Shown here one piece after another: positions 30,122 through 38,376 of a stretch of DNA of 64,000 nucleotides. The number at the start of each line of letters is the position of its first letter. The stretch's first letter is position 1. The position numbers and the translations under genes were made by a program. Source of the DNA: Anaerolineales bacterium. GTDB taxonomy: Bacteria; Chloroflexota; Anaerolineae; Anaerolineales; UBA4823. Below the pieces are notes generated by a model. That model searched no databases. It was not told the origin of the DNA and saw nothing but the letters and a program-made list of their open reading frames with translations. The stretch covers positions 61,532 through 125,531 of the forward strand of contig DAOQUL010000001.1 of assembly GCA_035341015.1 (NCBI GenBank), read 5' to 3'.

Positions 30122-30139
30122 TTGTGAAACTATCCACAA
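30122..30139. promoter_or_regulatory. candidate Rex operator TTGTGAAACTATCCACAA (13 of 14 half-site positions match TTGTGAA-N4-TTCACAA)
   Basis: The near-consensus Rex box abuts the -35 of the USP promoter. A rex gene is present in the same window. Confidence 0.5.
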
Positions 30140-30161
30140 GAATTGTGTGGATATACCAGGC

Positions 30162-30344
30162 TTATTCTTGCGGTTTTTCTGACTCTTCTTCTTTTTCCGC
30201 TGCTTCGCCTTTCAGCCCGTGGCGGAATTCGCGAATACCTCGTCCTAGCTCACCAGCCACCTTGCTAATACGACCTATACCAAATAATAGTATAACAAGC
30301 ACCAGTACGATCAGTAATTCAGGGGCGCCAAACCAACTAGGCAT
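30162..30344 (-). CDS. tatA: twin-arginine translocase subunit TatA/E
   Basis: 60 aa reading FGAPELLIVLVLVILLFGIGRI..ELGRGIREFR, with an acidic tail. AGGAG SD upstream. Confidence 0.85.
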   Translation of the reverse strand: MPSWFGAPELLIVLVLVILLFGIGRISKVAGELGRGIREFRHGLKGEAAEKEEESEKPQE

Positions 30345-30406
30345 AATATAACTCCTTTCAAGACAAGCTATCCCCTAATTATACATCGTACCTGGGTTCT
30401 CATCAG

Positions 30407-30610
30407 TTAAAAGCTAAATGAGCTCCAATCGGTGCCGAGCAGGGTGGAGCATGCCAGCGCCAGGAAGACCAACAGCAGGATGATCCCACAGCCGCATCCA
30501 GTGCAAGATAAGCCGCGTCCAAAACCAAAACGTTCTTGCAGCCAGTCAAAGACGAAATTCAGAATCCCAAGCTTAAGCAGGCCAGAAAGGCAACCAGGGC
30601 GATCGTTCAT
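30407..30610 (-). CDS. small hydrophobic Cys-rich protein of unknown function
   Basis: 67 aa with a CTGCGCG motif followed by a TM helix. A good AAAGGAG SD precedes the ATG. Confidence 0.5.
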   Translation of the reverse strand: MNDRPGCLSGLLKLGILNFVFDWLQERFGFGRGLSCTGCGCGIILLLVFLALACSTLLGTDWSSFSF

Positions 30611-30687
30611 TTTATTTTCTCCTTTGTTTGCATGAGTATCGAATGCATTACAATCTACGGATGCAAGATAAGATAGTTGCAGCCGAT

Positions 30688-31158
30688 TTAAGCTTGCTCG
30701 AATCCTTTGCGGATACTTTCCACATGTTCCATCTCATGCCAGGCCAGGCCAGCCAGAAGTTGGGCCAATGTGCCCTCGCCGCCCCAAGGAGCTGGCAGCA
30801 CCAGATCCCATTGTGACAGGGGAAGCTTTTCTGCGTAGGCTATGAGTTGTTGGCGGGTGATCTGCATTTCGTCTTGAACTTGTGCCAGGTTTTTTTGCTG
30901 CCATAGGCGTGCTTGTTGATCATTCCATGCCAAGTGATCGGGAATGGGGGCCGGTATGAAATCTCCGGTTTCGACAAACTGCCTGAGCGGCTGAAGCACG
31001 GTGACCTCCCAGGTGCTCACATGTGCCATCAAATCTTTGGCGGTCCAGATGCCCTCGACTGTTTTCTGTGAAAGTTGTGTTTCGCTCAAGCCCCGGATCG
31101 ACTCCAGCAACGCCCGGCGGCTTTCTTCTAATTTTGTCATTGCAGTATTTTTATCCAT
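30688..31158 (-). CDS. DinB-family (four-helix-bundle, metal-dependent) protein
   Basis: DinB_2-like spacing of His residues (W..KDLMAHV ... HEMEH). GGAGG SD lies 6 nt before the ATG at 31158. Confidence 0.7.
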   Translation of the reverse strand: MDKNTAMTKLEESRRALLESIRGLSETQLSQKTVEGIWTAKDLMAHVSTWEVTVLQPLRQFVETGDFIPAPIPDHLAWNDQQARLWQQKNLAQVQDEMQITRQQLIAYAEKLPLSQWDLVLPAPWGGEGTLAQLLAGLAWHEMEHVESIRKGFEQA

Positions 31159-31349
31159 CACTATCCTCCAATTGCGAAAATGAGCCTATTGGAGTGTAGC
31201 ACGAAATAGGGTTGGAGTGCAAGTCAATGATTGCCGGCTAGGAGTTCTCGGGCCTAGGAGTAAAGCGGGATACCATTGAAATTGCAAGTGTGTTAAAATA
31301 CAAGTTGAAATTGAATGCCCCCTTTATTTCGGGACGCGGATGGGTGTGT

Positions 31350-31757
31350 ATGTCCAATGAGTTATATGATGTAGTCTTTATTGATGATGAAGTGTCGTTG
31401 ACAGACATTTTCCAGCAGTATATTATTTGGAAATTCAAAGAATGGAAATACATTACATTTAACAATCCATCGTTGGCGTATAATGCCATTGTTAGCAGCG
31501 GCGTTACGGCCAAGGTATGGATTGTTGATATGATGATGCCGCAAAAGAATGGGGCAGAGATTGCTGAGGCGATCCGCCTTCAAAATGGCGATAAGCCCGT
31601 GATCCTGGCTTACACGGCATTAGACCGCCGAGCACTCGAGGGCAATGATACTTATCGCAGTGGGATGAAATACTTCAACCACATCATCAATAAACGCGAA
31701 GATTTTTCTTCAATTCTATCCCTGGTTGAAGTGTGGGTGGCATCGGCTGCCAATTAG
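31350..31757 (+). CDS. stand-alone response-regulator receiver (REC) domain protein
   Basis: Has VVFIDDE (acidic pocket), WIVDMMMP (phospho-Asp) and ILAYTA (Thr). No output domain. The gene is AT-richer by eye than its neighbours. Confidence 0.7.
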   Translation: MSNELYDVVFIDDEVSLTDIFQQYIIWKFKEWKYITFNNPSLAYNAIVSSGVTAKVWIVDMMMPQKNGAEIAEAIRLQNGDKPVILAYTALDRRALEGNDTYRSGMKYFNHIINKREDFSSILSLVEVWVASAAN

Positions 31758-31774
31758 GTGTCTGAATTTACTTG

Positions 31775-31813
31775 AAGGTGCTGCCTCAAAAGCATGTTTT
31801 GAGGCAGCACCTT
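31775..31813. terminator. bidirectional intrinsic terminator between the REC gene and proS
   Basis: A 17-bp perfect stem AAGGTGCTGCCTCAAAA / TTTTGAGGCAGCACCTT with a 5-nt loop. Confidence 0.8.
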
Positions 31814-31825
31814 TGCTGCTTAAGA

Positions 31826-33604
31826 TCACTCGAACGTGACAGGAACAACGCCAGCCTGGATGGCATTTTCTAAACTGGCGATCTCAGCTTTTACACGTGA
31901 ACATACCTGTTCTACGGCAATGATGGTGCGCTCATCTTGCGAGCGGAGCTTGAGCTCAGCGCCTCCATTTTTCAACGACCGTTCACCAATTGTCAGCCGG
32001 ATGGGAAGGCCGATCAGGTCTGCGTCGTTAAATTTAACCCCTGGGCTTTCGTCGCGATCATCGAACAGCACCTCTATGCCTGCCTGTTCAAGCTCATGGT
32101 AGAGCTGTTCGGCGAGGCGCGATGTTTCGTCGGGGATATCTTTGGCCTTGCCAGCCAGCTTGACCAGGTGAACCTGGTATGGGGCAATGCTGATTGGCCA
32201 CACCAGGCCATGTTCATCGTGATGGGCCTCTGCGATGCAGGCCAACAGGCGTCCGCTGCCAATGCCATATGACCCCATGATCACCGGATGGGTCTGCCCG
32301 GCCTGGTCTATGTAAAGGCAGCCCAGGGCTTGGCTGTAACGTGCCCCAAGCTTGAAGATATTGCCCACTTCTACGCCGCGCTCTGCACGCAGCGGTTCGC
32401 CACATTGGGGGCAAGCATCACCCTGGCGTGCTGCGGTGATATCGGCTACGATGTTTGCTTCATAGTCGCGGCCGTAATTGACATTGCGCAGGTGGTAGCC
32501 TTCTTCGTTAGCGCCAGAGACCAGGTTGGGTGCGTTGACAACCATGTCGTCCACAATCACCAGTACGTTTTTCAGGCCCACGGGTGAGGCATATCCGGGA
32601 ACTGCCCCGGTGGCGCGGATTTCTTCTTCTGTGGCAGGGCGTAGTTCAATGGATTTCAAGGCATTGGCAAGTTTTGTCTCATTCACTTCCATGTCACCTC
32701 TCACCACTGCAAAAACAAAGCGCTCTGTTTTTTGCTGGCCTTCTGGGATGACAGCCATCATAAAAACAGCCTTAGCGGTTTGGGCATGGGGGATGGCGAG
32801 AAAGTTTGCCAGGTCTTCGATCGTCTTTGTGCCAGGCGTGGCGACTTTCTCAACCGGCAGTGGAACTTCTGCGATGGGGGATGGCTTTGCAAAGTGGGCA
32901 ATTTGCCGGTTGGCGGCATAGCCGCAGTGATCGCAGATCAACAAAGTATCCTCGCCGATGGGGGTCAGGTACATGAATTCGTGCGCCAATTGCCCGCCCA
33001 TCATGCCTACATCCGCTTTGACGGCTAATACCGGCAGCCCACTGCGGTGGAAGATATTGAAGTAGGCCTGGTAGTGGGCGCGATACTGTTTATCCAGCCC
33101 GTCCCAATCGGCATCTAAGCTGTAGCTGTCTTTCATCGTGAATTCTCTGACACGAATCAGGCCGGCGCGCGGGCGCGGGTCGTCGCGCCACTTGGTCTGG
33201 ATGTGGTAAATGAGCTGGGGCAATTGCTTGTAAGAGCGCACTTCTCGGCGCACGAGGTCGGCGACCACCTCCTCGTGTGTCATTGCCAGGGCCATGTCGC
33301 GCCCATTTTTATCTTTGAAGCGGCCCATCTCTGAGCCAATCTGATACCAGCGGCCTGTCTCTTGCCAGAGCTCGCCTGGATGAACGACTGGCATGGTGAT
33401 CTCTTGCCCGCCAATGGCGTTGATTTCCTGGCGCATAATGTTTTCAATCTTGTTCAATGCACGCCGTGCCAGGGGCAGGTAAGTGAAAATGCCGGCTGCA
33501 AGCTGGCGGATAAAACCGGCTCTGAGCAGTAATTGATGGCTGGCGATCTCTGCATCAGATGGTACTTCGCGCAGAGTCTGGCTGAAGAGTTGGGTCATTT
33601 TCAT
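31826..33604 (-). CDS. proS: proline--tRNA ligase (bacterial type with INS editing domain)
   Basis: 592 aa with class II motifs (...FRDE-like RPRAGLIRVREFTMKDSYS; GSYGIGSGRL), a central editing insertion and a C-terminal anticodon-binding domain. AAGGAGG SD lies 7 nt before the ATG at 33604. The track start at 33643 lies inside the leader terminator. Confidence 0.95.
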   Translation of the reverse strand: MKMTQLFSQTLREVPSDAEIASHQLLLRAGFIRQLAAGIFTYLPLARRALNKIENIMRQEINAIGGQEITMPVVHPGELWQETGRWYQIGSEMGRFKDKNGRDMALAMTHEEVVADLVRREVRSYKQLPQLIYHIQTKWRDDPRPRAGLIRVREFTMKDSYSLDADWDGLDKQYRAHYQAYFNIFHRSGLPVLAVKADVGMMGGQLAHEFMYLTPIGEDTLLICDHCGYAANRQIAHFAKPSPIAEVPLPVEKVATPGTKTIEDLANFLAIPHAQTAKAVFMMAVIPEGQQKTERFVFAVVRGDMEVNETKLANALKSIELRPATEEEIRATGAVPGYASPVGLKNVLVIVDDMVVNAPNLVSGANEEGYHLRNVNYGRDYEANIVADITAARQGDACPQCGEPLRAERGVEVGNIFKLGARYSQALGCLYIDQAGQTHPVIMGSYGIGSGRLLACIAEAHHDEHGLVWPISIAPYQVHLVKLAGKAKDIPDETSRLAEQLYHELEQAGIEVLFDDRDESPGVKFNDADLIGLPIRLTIGERSLKNGGAELKLRSQDERTIIAVEQVCSRVKAEIASLENAIQAGVVPVTFE

Positions 33605-33626
33605 AAGACGCCTCCTTAATAAAATC

Positions 33627-33654
33627 CGCCCTCTGGCTTTCATTCCAGAGGGCG
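33627..33654 (-). terminator. intrinsic terminator inside the proS 5' leader (attenuator candidate)
   Basis: On the minus strand, CGCCCTCTGG-AATGAAAG-CCAGAGGGCG is followed by GATTTTATT. The hairpin ends ~15 nt before the proS SD. Confidence 0.6.
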
Positions 33655-33679
33655 TTGGGTGTAATACGGGTGAAGCTGT

Positions 33680-33766
33680 TTACCTGGTAAACGCCGACTG
33701 ACCGAAAGCCTGGGGCTTGCGGTTGGTAGGGGCTGGGACGGGCAGTGAACGGCACAGGCAGAGCAT
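33680..33766 (-). other. candidate leaderless leader-peptide ORF (28 aa, MLCLCRSLPVPAPTNRKPQAFGQSAFTR)
   Basis: The ATG lies 7 nt downstream of the leader promoter -10. The peptide has 4 Pro codons (3 of them in PVPAP). The stop codon lies 26 nt upstream of the terminator stem. Confidence 0.3.
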
Positions 33767-33773
33767 AGAACTT

Positions 33774-33801
33774 AGTTTACCATTGGCTGGATGATTGTCA
33801 A
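33774..33801 (-). promoter_or_regulatory. sigma70-type promoter of the proS leader: TTGACA-16 nt-TAAACT
   Basis: On the minus strand, -35 is at 33801-33796 and -10 at 33779-33774. Confidence 0.55.
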
Positions 33802-33806
33802 GACCA

Positions 33807-34838
33807 TCATTTAAGAATAGTATGGATTGCCCAGTAGGCTGGTTTGGGCTGGTATTCCTCATCGAGGATCGTTGCCGCTCCCCAATCTGGATAAACCCAG
33901 GGAATCCACGAATGGGCATCACTTAGCCCCCAAATGATAAAAGTGTTGCAGTTAGGAGCCTCCAGGCAGGCCTGCATGGCAGTGCGGTAGATTTCGGCCT
34001 GGCGTTCGAGGGCATCCGGTGCCAGGGGAGATGGAATGCGCACATCCATCTCGGTAATGTGGATTTCAAGCCCCAGGGCTCCCAGGCGCTGCATATTGGC
34101 CAGCATGATTGCCGGATCAACTGCCCAATCAACCGTGGTGTGCATTTCAAAGCCCACGCCATGAATGGGTACCCCGTTTTGGACCAGGCCAGAGACCAGG
34201 GTATAAACGCCATCTGATTTGGGGCCTGCACCTTCAGCGTTAAAGTCGTTGTAAAACAACAGCGCATCTGGGTCGGCTTCGTGTGCCCAACGGAAAGCCA
34301 TTTCGACATAATCGGGCCCAATGCCATTGGTCCAGAAATTATCGGCAAACGTGCCATCGTCGGCAATGGTTTCGTTGACCACGTCCCAAGCCATGATCTT
34401 GCCGCGATAACGTCCTACGACGGTGAAAATGTGATTGCGCAAGATCTCGATCAGCTCATCACGCGTCCATTGGCGATCAAGGAGCCAGCCGGGGAGCTGG
34501 TTGGTCCAGACGAGGACGTGGCCACGCACAGGCAGATCGTTTGCGAGGGCAAAGTCCACGATGGCGTCAGCTTCGGTAAAATCGTACTCGCCCCGAGCCG
34601 GGCTTAAAGGGCCGAATTTCATGGCGTTTTCGGGGGTGATGATATTGAATTCGCGTGTTATTGTGTTGGCGTAGTATGGGTCGGTTAAATTCCAGCCGTT
34701 GACCGCGGTGCCAATATACAGGTGATTACGCTGGGCCAATATGCGCAGCGGGGCATCATTTTTGCCTTTGTTGACCCAGAGCGCACAGGTTGTTATGAAA
34801 ACGATGATCACTGCGAACAGGAGAATGTACTTTTTCAT
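33807..34838 (-). CDS. glycoside hydrolase family 10 endo-1,4-beta-xylanase, membrane/signal-anchored
   Basis: Motifs GHVLVW, WDVVNE (acid/base Glu) and ITEMDV (nucleophile Glu). N-terminal hydrophobic anchor MKKYILLFAVIIVFITT. Confidence 0.85.
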   Translation of the reverse strand: MKKYILLFAVIIVFITTCALWVNKGKNDAPLRILAQRNHLYIGTAVNGWNLTDPYYANTITREFNIITPENAMKFGPLSPARGEYDFTEADAIVDFALANDLPVRGHVLVWTNQLPGWLLDRQWTRDELIEILRNHIFTVVGRYRGKIMAWDVVNETIADDGTFADNFWTNGIGPDYVEMAFRWAHEADPDALLFYNDFNAEGAGPKSDGVYTLVSGLVQNGVPIHGVGFEMHTTVDWAVDPAIMLANMQRLGALGLEIHITEMDVRIPSPLAPDALERQAEIYRTAMQACLEAPNCNTFIIWGLSDAHSWIPWVYPDWGAATILDEEYQPKPAYWAIHTILK

Positions 34839-34856
34839 CGTTTCCGGGGCTCCCAC

Positions 34857-35834
34857 TTACCGTTGGTATACCTGGGGATTGACACAGTATGGCAGGGGAT
34901 GGCCTTCTAGCCCAGCAAGCAGGTTTTCACAGGCCAATCCTGCCATGCGGCGGCGGGTATTTTGGGTGGCAGAACCGATGTGCGGCACGACCAGGCAGTT
35001 GGGCAAGCTGTAGAGCGGGTGATCGGGCGGCAGGGGTTCGGGGTCGGTCACATCAAGGGCCGCGCCGGCAATTTGGCCGGTGCTTAGGGCGTGGACCAGG
35101 GCGGCTGTATCTACCACTGGACCGCGCGCGGCGTTGACCAGGATGGCGGTGGGTTTCATCAGCTTGAGAGTCTGGTCATTGATCAGGCCGCGGGTTTCGT
35201 TGGTTAATGGAACGTGCAGGCTGACGAAGTCGCTTTGCTGGAGGAGGTCTTGGAGCGGCAAGCAGTTCGGATCGTCACAAGATGACCGTTGTGAGTCGGC
35301 ATAAACGATGCGCATGCCAAAGCCGGCGGCGCGCTGCGCCACTGCCTGCCCGATCTTGCCCATGCCAATGATGCCAAGCGTGGCTCCACTGAGGTCGGCC
35401 CCCAACCAGCCAGTGGGTGACCAGGTTTTCCACCGGCCTAAGCGGGCGTCCTGGTTGGCGAGAATTAAGCCGCGCCCCACAGCCAACAGCAAGGCCATGG
35501 TCAAGTCGGCAGTCCCTTCGGTCAGTACACCGGGGGTATTGCCAACCGGAATGCCGCGCCGGGTGCAGGCTGCAAGATCAATATTGTCTACACCAGCCGC
35601 CATGTTGCTGACCACGCGCAGCCGGGGCGCCTTTTGCAATATGGCTTCGGTGATGGGGATGGTCAGCAGGGTGTACAGGCCTTCTGCCTGGTCGAGCTGG
35701 GCTTCGAGTTCGGGCGCCAGGCAGGTAGCATCCAAGGGGCCCACCACCTGGCGGCAGCGGCCCTCCAGCATCGTTACCCAGGATTGGGGCAGGGTATGGG
35801 TGCGCAAGATGAGGGGAAGATGTGTCTCGGACAT
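34857..35834 (-). CDS. D-isomer-specific 2-hydroxyacid dehydrogenase (glyoxylate/hydroxypyruvate reductase-like)
   Basis: Has GIIGMGKIGQAVAQR (NAD site), NAARG..VD and PHIGSAT. TACAAT lies 6 nt before the ATG. Confidence 0.85.
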   Translation of the reverse strand: MSETHLPLILRTHTLPQSWVTMLEGRCRQVVGPLDATCLAPELEAQLDQAEGLYTLLTIPITEAILQKAPRLRVVSNMAAGVDNIDLAACTRRGIPVGNTPGVLTEGTADLTMALLLAVGRGLILANQDARLGRWKTWSPTGWLGADLSGATLGIIGMGKIGQAVAQRAAGFGMRIVYADSQRSSCDDPNCLPLQDLLQQSDFVSLHVPLTNETRGLINDQTLKLMKPTAILVNAARGPVVDTAALVHALSTGQIAGAALDVTDPEPLPPDHPLYSLPNCLVVPHIGSATQNTRRRMAGLACENLLAGLEGHPLPYCVNPQVYQR

Positions 35835-35903
35835 ATCGATATTGTACCCCGAAAGTGTAGCAAGCTCTCAGAAAATCTTAATCCGAACATCTAGCCGATT
35901 CTA

Positions 35904-35932
35904 TTGACCCGCCTATCTTTTCAGGTTATCCT
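35904..35932 (+). promoter_or_regulatory. sigma70-type promoter of the L,D-transpeptidase gene: TTGACC-17 nt-TATCCT, 6 nt before the ATG
   Basis: -35 at 35904-35909, -10 at 35927-35932, ATG at 35939. No SD. Confidence 0.5.
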
Positions 35933-35938
35933 TAATCG

Positions 35939-37054
35939 ATGCCTATGAAAAACCATACAAACTCGCGACGTGATTTTTTGAAGATTGCAGCTCTTGGCCT
36001 GGGTAGCCTGGCTTTCCGTTTGCCGGCTAGAGGCCGCCTCTTACCCGACTTCCCGGATCACGAACGATTGGGACGGGTCCTTCAAAAGGTAGACTTAAAA
36101 GCCCGCCCTAATATCGACAGCCAGACTGTGGGTGTGTTATATGATGATGCGGTCCTCCCATGGTTAAGGGAAGCAGCAGGACAACCCCCCTATAATATTT
36201 ATGGCTTGTTCGCCCAGAGATGGGTCGAGACGCCGGAAGGCTACATCTATAGTCCTTACATTCAGCCGGTGCGCAACCGGCCCAATGAACAACTGGCCTC
36301 ATTCCGCCAGACGAGCATCGGGAACGGGGCATGGGTTGAAGTCACGGTGCCTTATACGGATGTGGTATTAGAGAATGATCCGTCTGGCAATTCGTGGGTC
36401 AAAGAGCGGATCACGAATGGGCTCCCGGTACGCTTGTATTATGGGCAAATCTTCTGGGTGGATAGCACGCGGGAGGCGGACGGCGAGACGTATTACCGGG
36501 TGAATCCAAATTATTACGGCGGTGTTGACAAATTGTGGGTGCCATCTCGGGCGATGCGGGCTCTCACGGATGACGAGATTGCTCCTCTCAGCCCGGATGT
36601 GACGGAGAAAAAAGTGGTTATCGATTTGAGCCGCCAGACATTGTCTTGTTATGAGGGGAGCAGCGAGGTATTCTACTGTATGATCTCATCGGGCGGCAAG
36701 TGGAACGCTGCCGGGCAAGCGGTGGATAATTGGTCAACCCCGGTTGGGAAGCACCGTGTTTCAAGAAAATTCTTGTCGCTGCAAATGAGCGGGGGAGTGA
36801 CAACGGGTTCTTCTTATGATTTACCTGGAGTGGGTTGGACGTCGATTTTCGTAACCGGCGGGGTGGCCATCCATGCAACCGTGTGGCATAACAGCTTTGG
36901 CACACCCGTATCGCACGGCTGTGTGAACTGCCTGCCAGAAGATGCGAAATGGATCTGGCGTTGGCTTCAGCCGGTGGTTCCCTATGATCCTGGCATGGTT
37001 GATATCAGCCTTACAGGCGATGCCAGCACAACCGTAGAAGTGATCGAGACTTAA
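35939..37054 (+). CDS. L,D-transpeptidase (YkuD domain) with twin-arginine signal
   Basis: Has the Tat motif SRRDFLKIAALGL and C-terminal IHAT..FGTPVSHGCVNC (YkuD catalytic His/Cys). Confidence 0.85.
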   Translation: MPMKNHTNSRRDFLKIAALGLGSLAFRLPARGRLLPDFPDHERLGRVLQKVDLKARPNIDSQTVGVLYDDAVLPWLREAAGQPPYNIYGLFAQRWVETPEGYIYSPYIQPVRNRPNEQLASFRQTSIGNGAWVEVTVPYTDVVLENDPSGNSWVKERITNGLPVRLYYGQIFWVDSTREADGETYYRVNPNYYGGVDKLWVPSRAMRALTDDEIAPLSPDVTEKKVVIDLSRQTLSCYEGSSEVFYCMISSGGKWNAAGQAVDNWSTPVGKHRVSRKFLSLQMSGGVTTGSSYDLPGVGWTSIFVTGGVAIHATVWHNSFGTPVSHGCVNCLPEDAKWIWRWLQPVVPYDPGMVDISLTGDASTTVEVIET

Positions 37055-37068
37055 GCCAGGAGGCATCT

Positions 37069-37782
37069 GTGGATGGTATCAGCGTCAGTATAGGCTTGGC
37101 CTTTTTGGCGGGGCTGGCATCTTTCCTGTCGCCATGTGTTTTTTCGCTTGTTCCTGCTTACATTGGCTACCTGGGCGGGCGGACTGCTGGAGGGGATACG
37201 CGCAGCCGCTGGACAACCTTTTTACACGGTGTGGCCTTTGTTTTAGGATTCAGTGTTGTCTTCATCCTCTTAGGCATTGCCACGTCGGCCCTGGGCGGAA
37301 TGTTGTACGATGTGCGCGATGTGATCGCAAAAATTGGCGGGATTGTAGTGGTCATTTTTGGCATTCACATGATCGGTATCATCCGCATCCCTTTTTTGGA
37401 ATACGATACGCGCCGGCAAGAGCTGCCTGACCAGAAATTGGGGTATTTGTCATCGGCATTGATGGGTGTGTTTTTCTCGGCCGGGTGGTCTCCGTGTGTG
37501 GGCCCGGTCTTGGGTACGATCCTGACCATTTCATTGCACAGCGGCAGGGTGTGGGAGGGGGCTGTCTTGTTAGCCGCTTATTCTGCCGGGTTGGCAATCC
37601 CTTTCCTGATTGCTGCTTTGGGGATCGGTTGGGTTTCTGTGGTGATCAGGAAGTATGGCAAGGTGATGCGTGTTATCGAGATTGCCATGGGCGTGCTGTT
37701 GGTCATTGTTGGCGGTATGTTGTTCTTTGGGATTTTCGAACAATTGTCGCGCTTTGGTATTTTTGTGGATTTTGGATTGTAG
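37069..37782 (+). CDS. ccdA: cytochrome c biogenesis/thiol-disulfide electron transporter CcdA (DsbD family)
   Basis: Six TM helices, with SPCVFSLVP and SPCVGPVLG Cys motifs. AGGAGG SD and GTG start. Confidence 0.85.
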   Translation: MDGISVSIGLAFLAGLASFLSPCVFSLVPAYIGYLGGRTAGGDTRSRWTTFLHGVAFVLGFSVVFILLGIATSALGGMLYDVRDVIAKIGGIVVVIFGIHMIGIIRIPFLEYDTRRQELPDQKLGYLSSALMGVFFSAGWSPCVGPVLGTILTISLHSGRVWEGAVLLAAYSAGLAIPFLIAALGIGWVSVVIRKYGKVMRVIEIAMGVLLVIVGGMLFFGIFEQLSRFGIFVDFGL

Positions 37783-37788
37783 GCCAGG

Positions 37789-38376
37789 ATGGAAATATCC
37801 AGGGGTAAGAGTTTATGGATCTTATTGGCCAGCCTGTTTGGGGGAATAGGGCTTGGTTTTGCCGCTCTGCTAGTTTGGGGGGTAGGAAAGTACGTCTTAC
37901 AATCTGCTCCATCTGCTGTAGACGGCGGTGGTAATGAAATACGGCCTTCCGAAGTGGAGATTGGGTCTTTGGCACCGGGCTTCACCTTGGACGCATTGAA
38001 TGGGCAGCAGGTAAAATTTGATGATTTGCGCGGGTATCCCATCATGATCAATTTTTGGGCCACTTGGTGTGGGCCATGCACATCTGAAATGCCCTTATTG
38101 CAAGACCGGTATGATCAATATGGTTCGCACCTGCTCATTCTGGCGATCAATGCCTCAGAACCCAGGCAAGATGTGCTTGATTACGTCAACTTAGAGGGTT
38201 TGACCTTCTCGATCTTGCTCGATCCTGATGGAAGCATTCAAGATCTATACAATATTCATGCTTACCCTACTTCATTTTTCATTGATGCGGAGGGGGTTTT
38301 GCAGGCGCAGCATATTGGCTCGTTATCTGCCACACAGATTGATCAATATCTTCGGATGATTGGAGTCGGTAAATGA
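37789..38376 (+). CDS. TlpA/ResA-family membrane-anchored thioredoxin-like oxidoreductase
   Basis: N-terminal TM and a FWATWCGPC active site. Confidence 0.85.
   Translation: MEISRGKSLWILLASLFGGIGLGFAALLVWGVGKYVLQSAPSAVDGGGNEIRPSEVEIGSLAPGFTLDALNGQQVKFDDLRGYPIMINFWATWCGPCTSEMPLLQDRYDQYGSHLLILAINASEPRQDVLDYVNLEGLTFSILLDPDGSIQDLYNIHAYPTSFFIDAEGVLQAQHIGSLSATQIDQYLRMIGVGK

Noticed and set aside
30129-30151. Imperfect hairpin TATCCACAAGAATTGTGTGGATA downstream of tatA, as a tatA terminator.
   Set aside because: The stem is interrupted and no U-tract follows on the minus strand. The overlapping sequence fits a Rex operator much better. I mention it as an alternative in the Rex finding.
33605-33801. 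T-box riboswitch upstream of proS. An aminoacyl-tRNA synthetase gene with a leader terminator, in a phylum where T-boxes occur, made this worth checking.
   Set aside because: I found no T-box consensus (AANNNGGGUGGUACCGCG-like), no obvious Stem I specifier loop or K-turn elements, and the leader is only ~160 nt. I kept it as a generic attenuator candidate instead. An Infernal scan would settle it.
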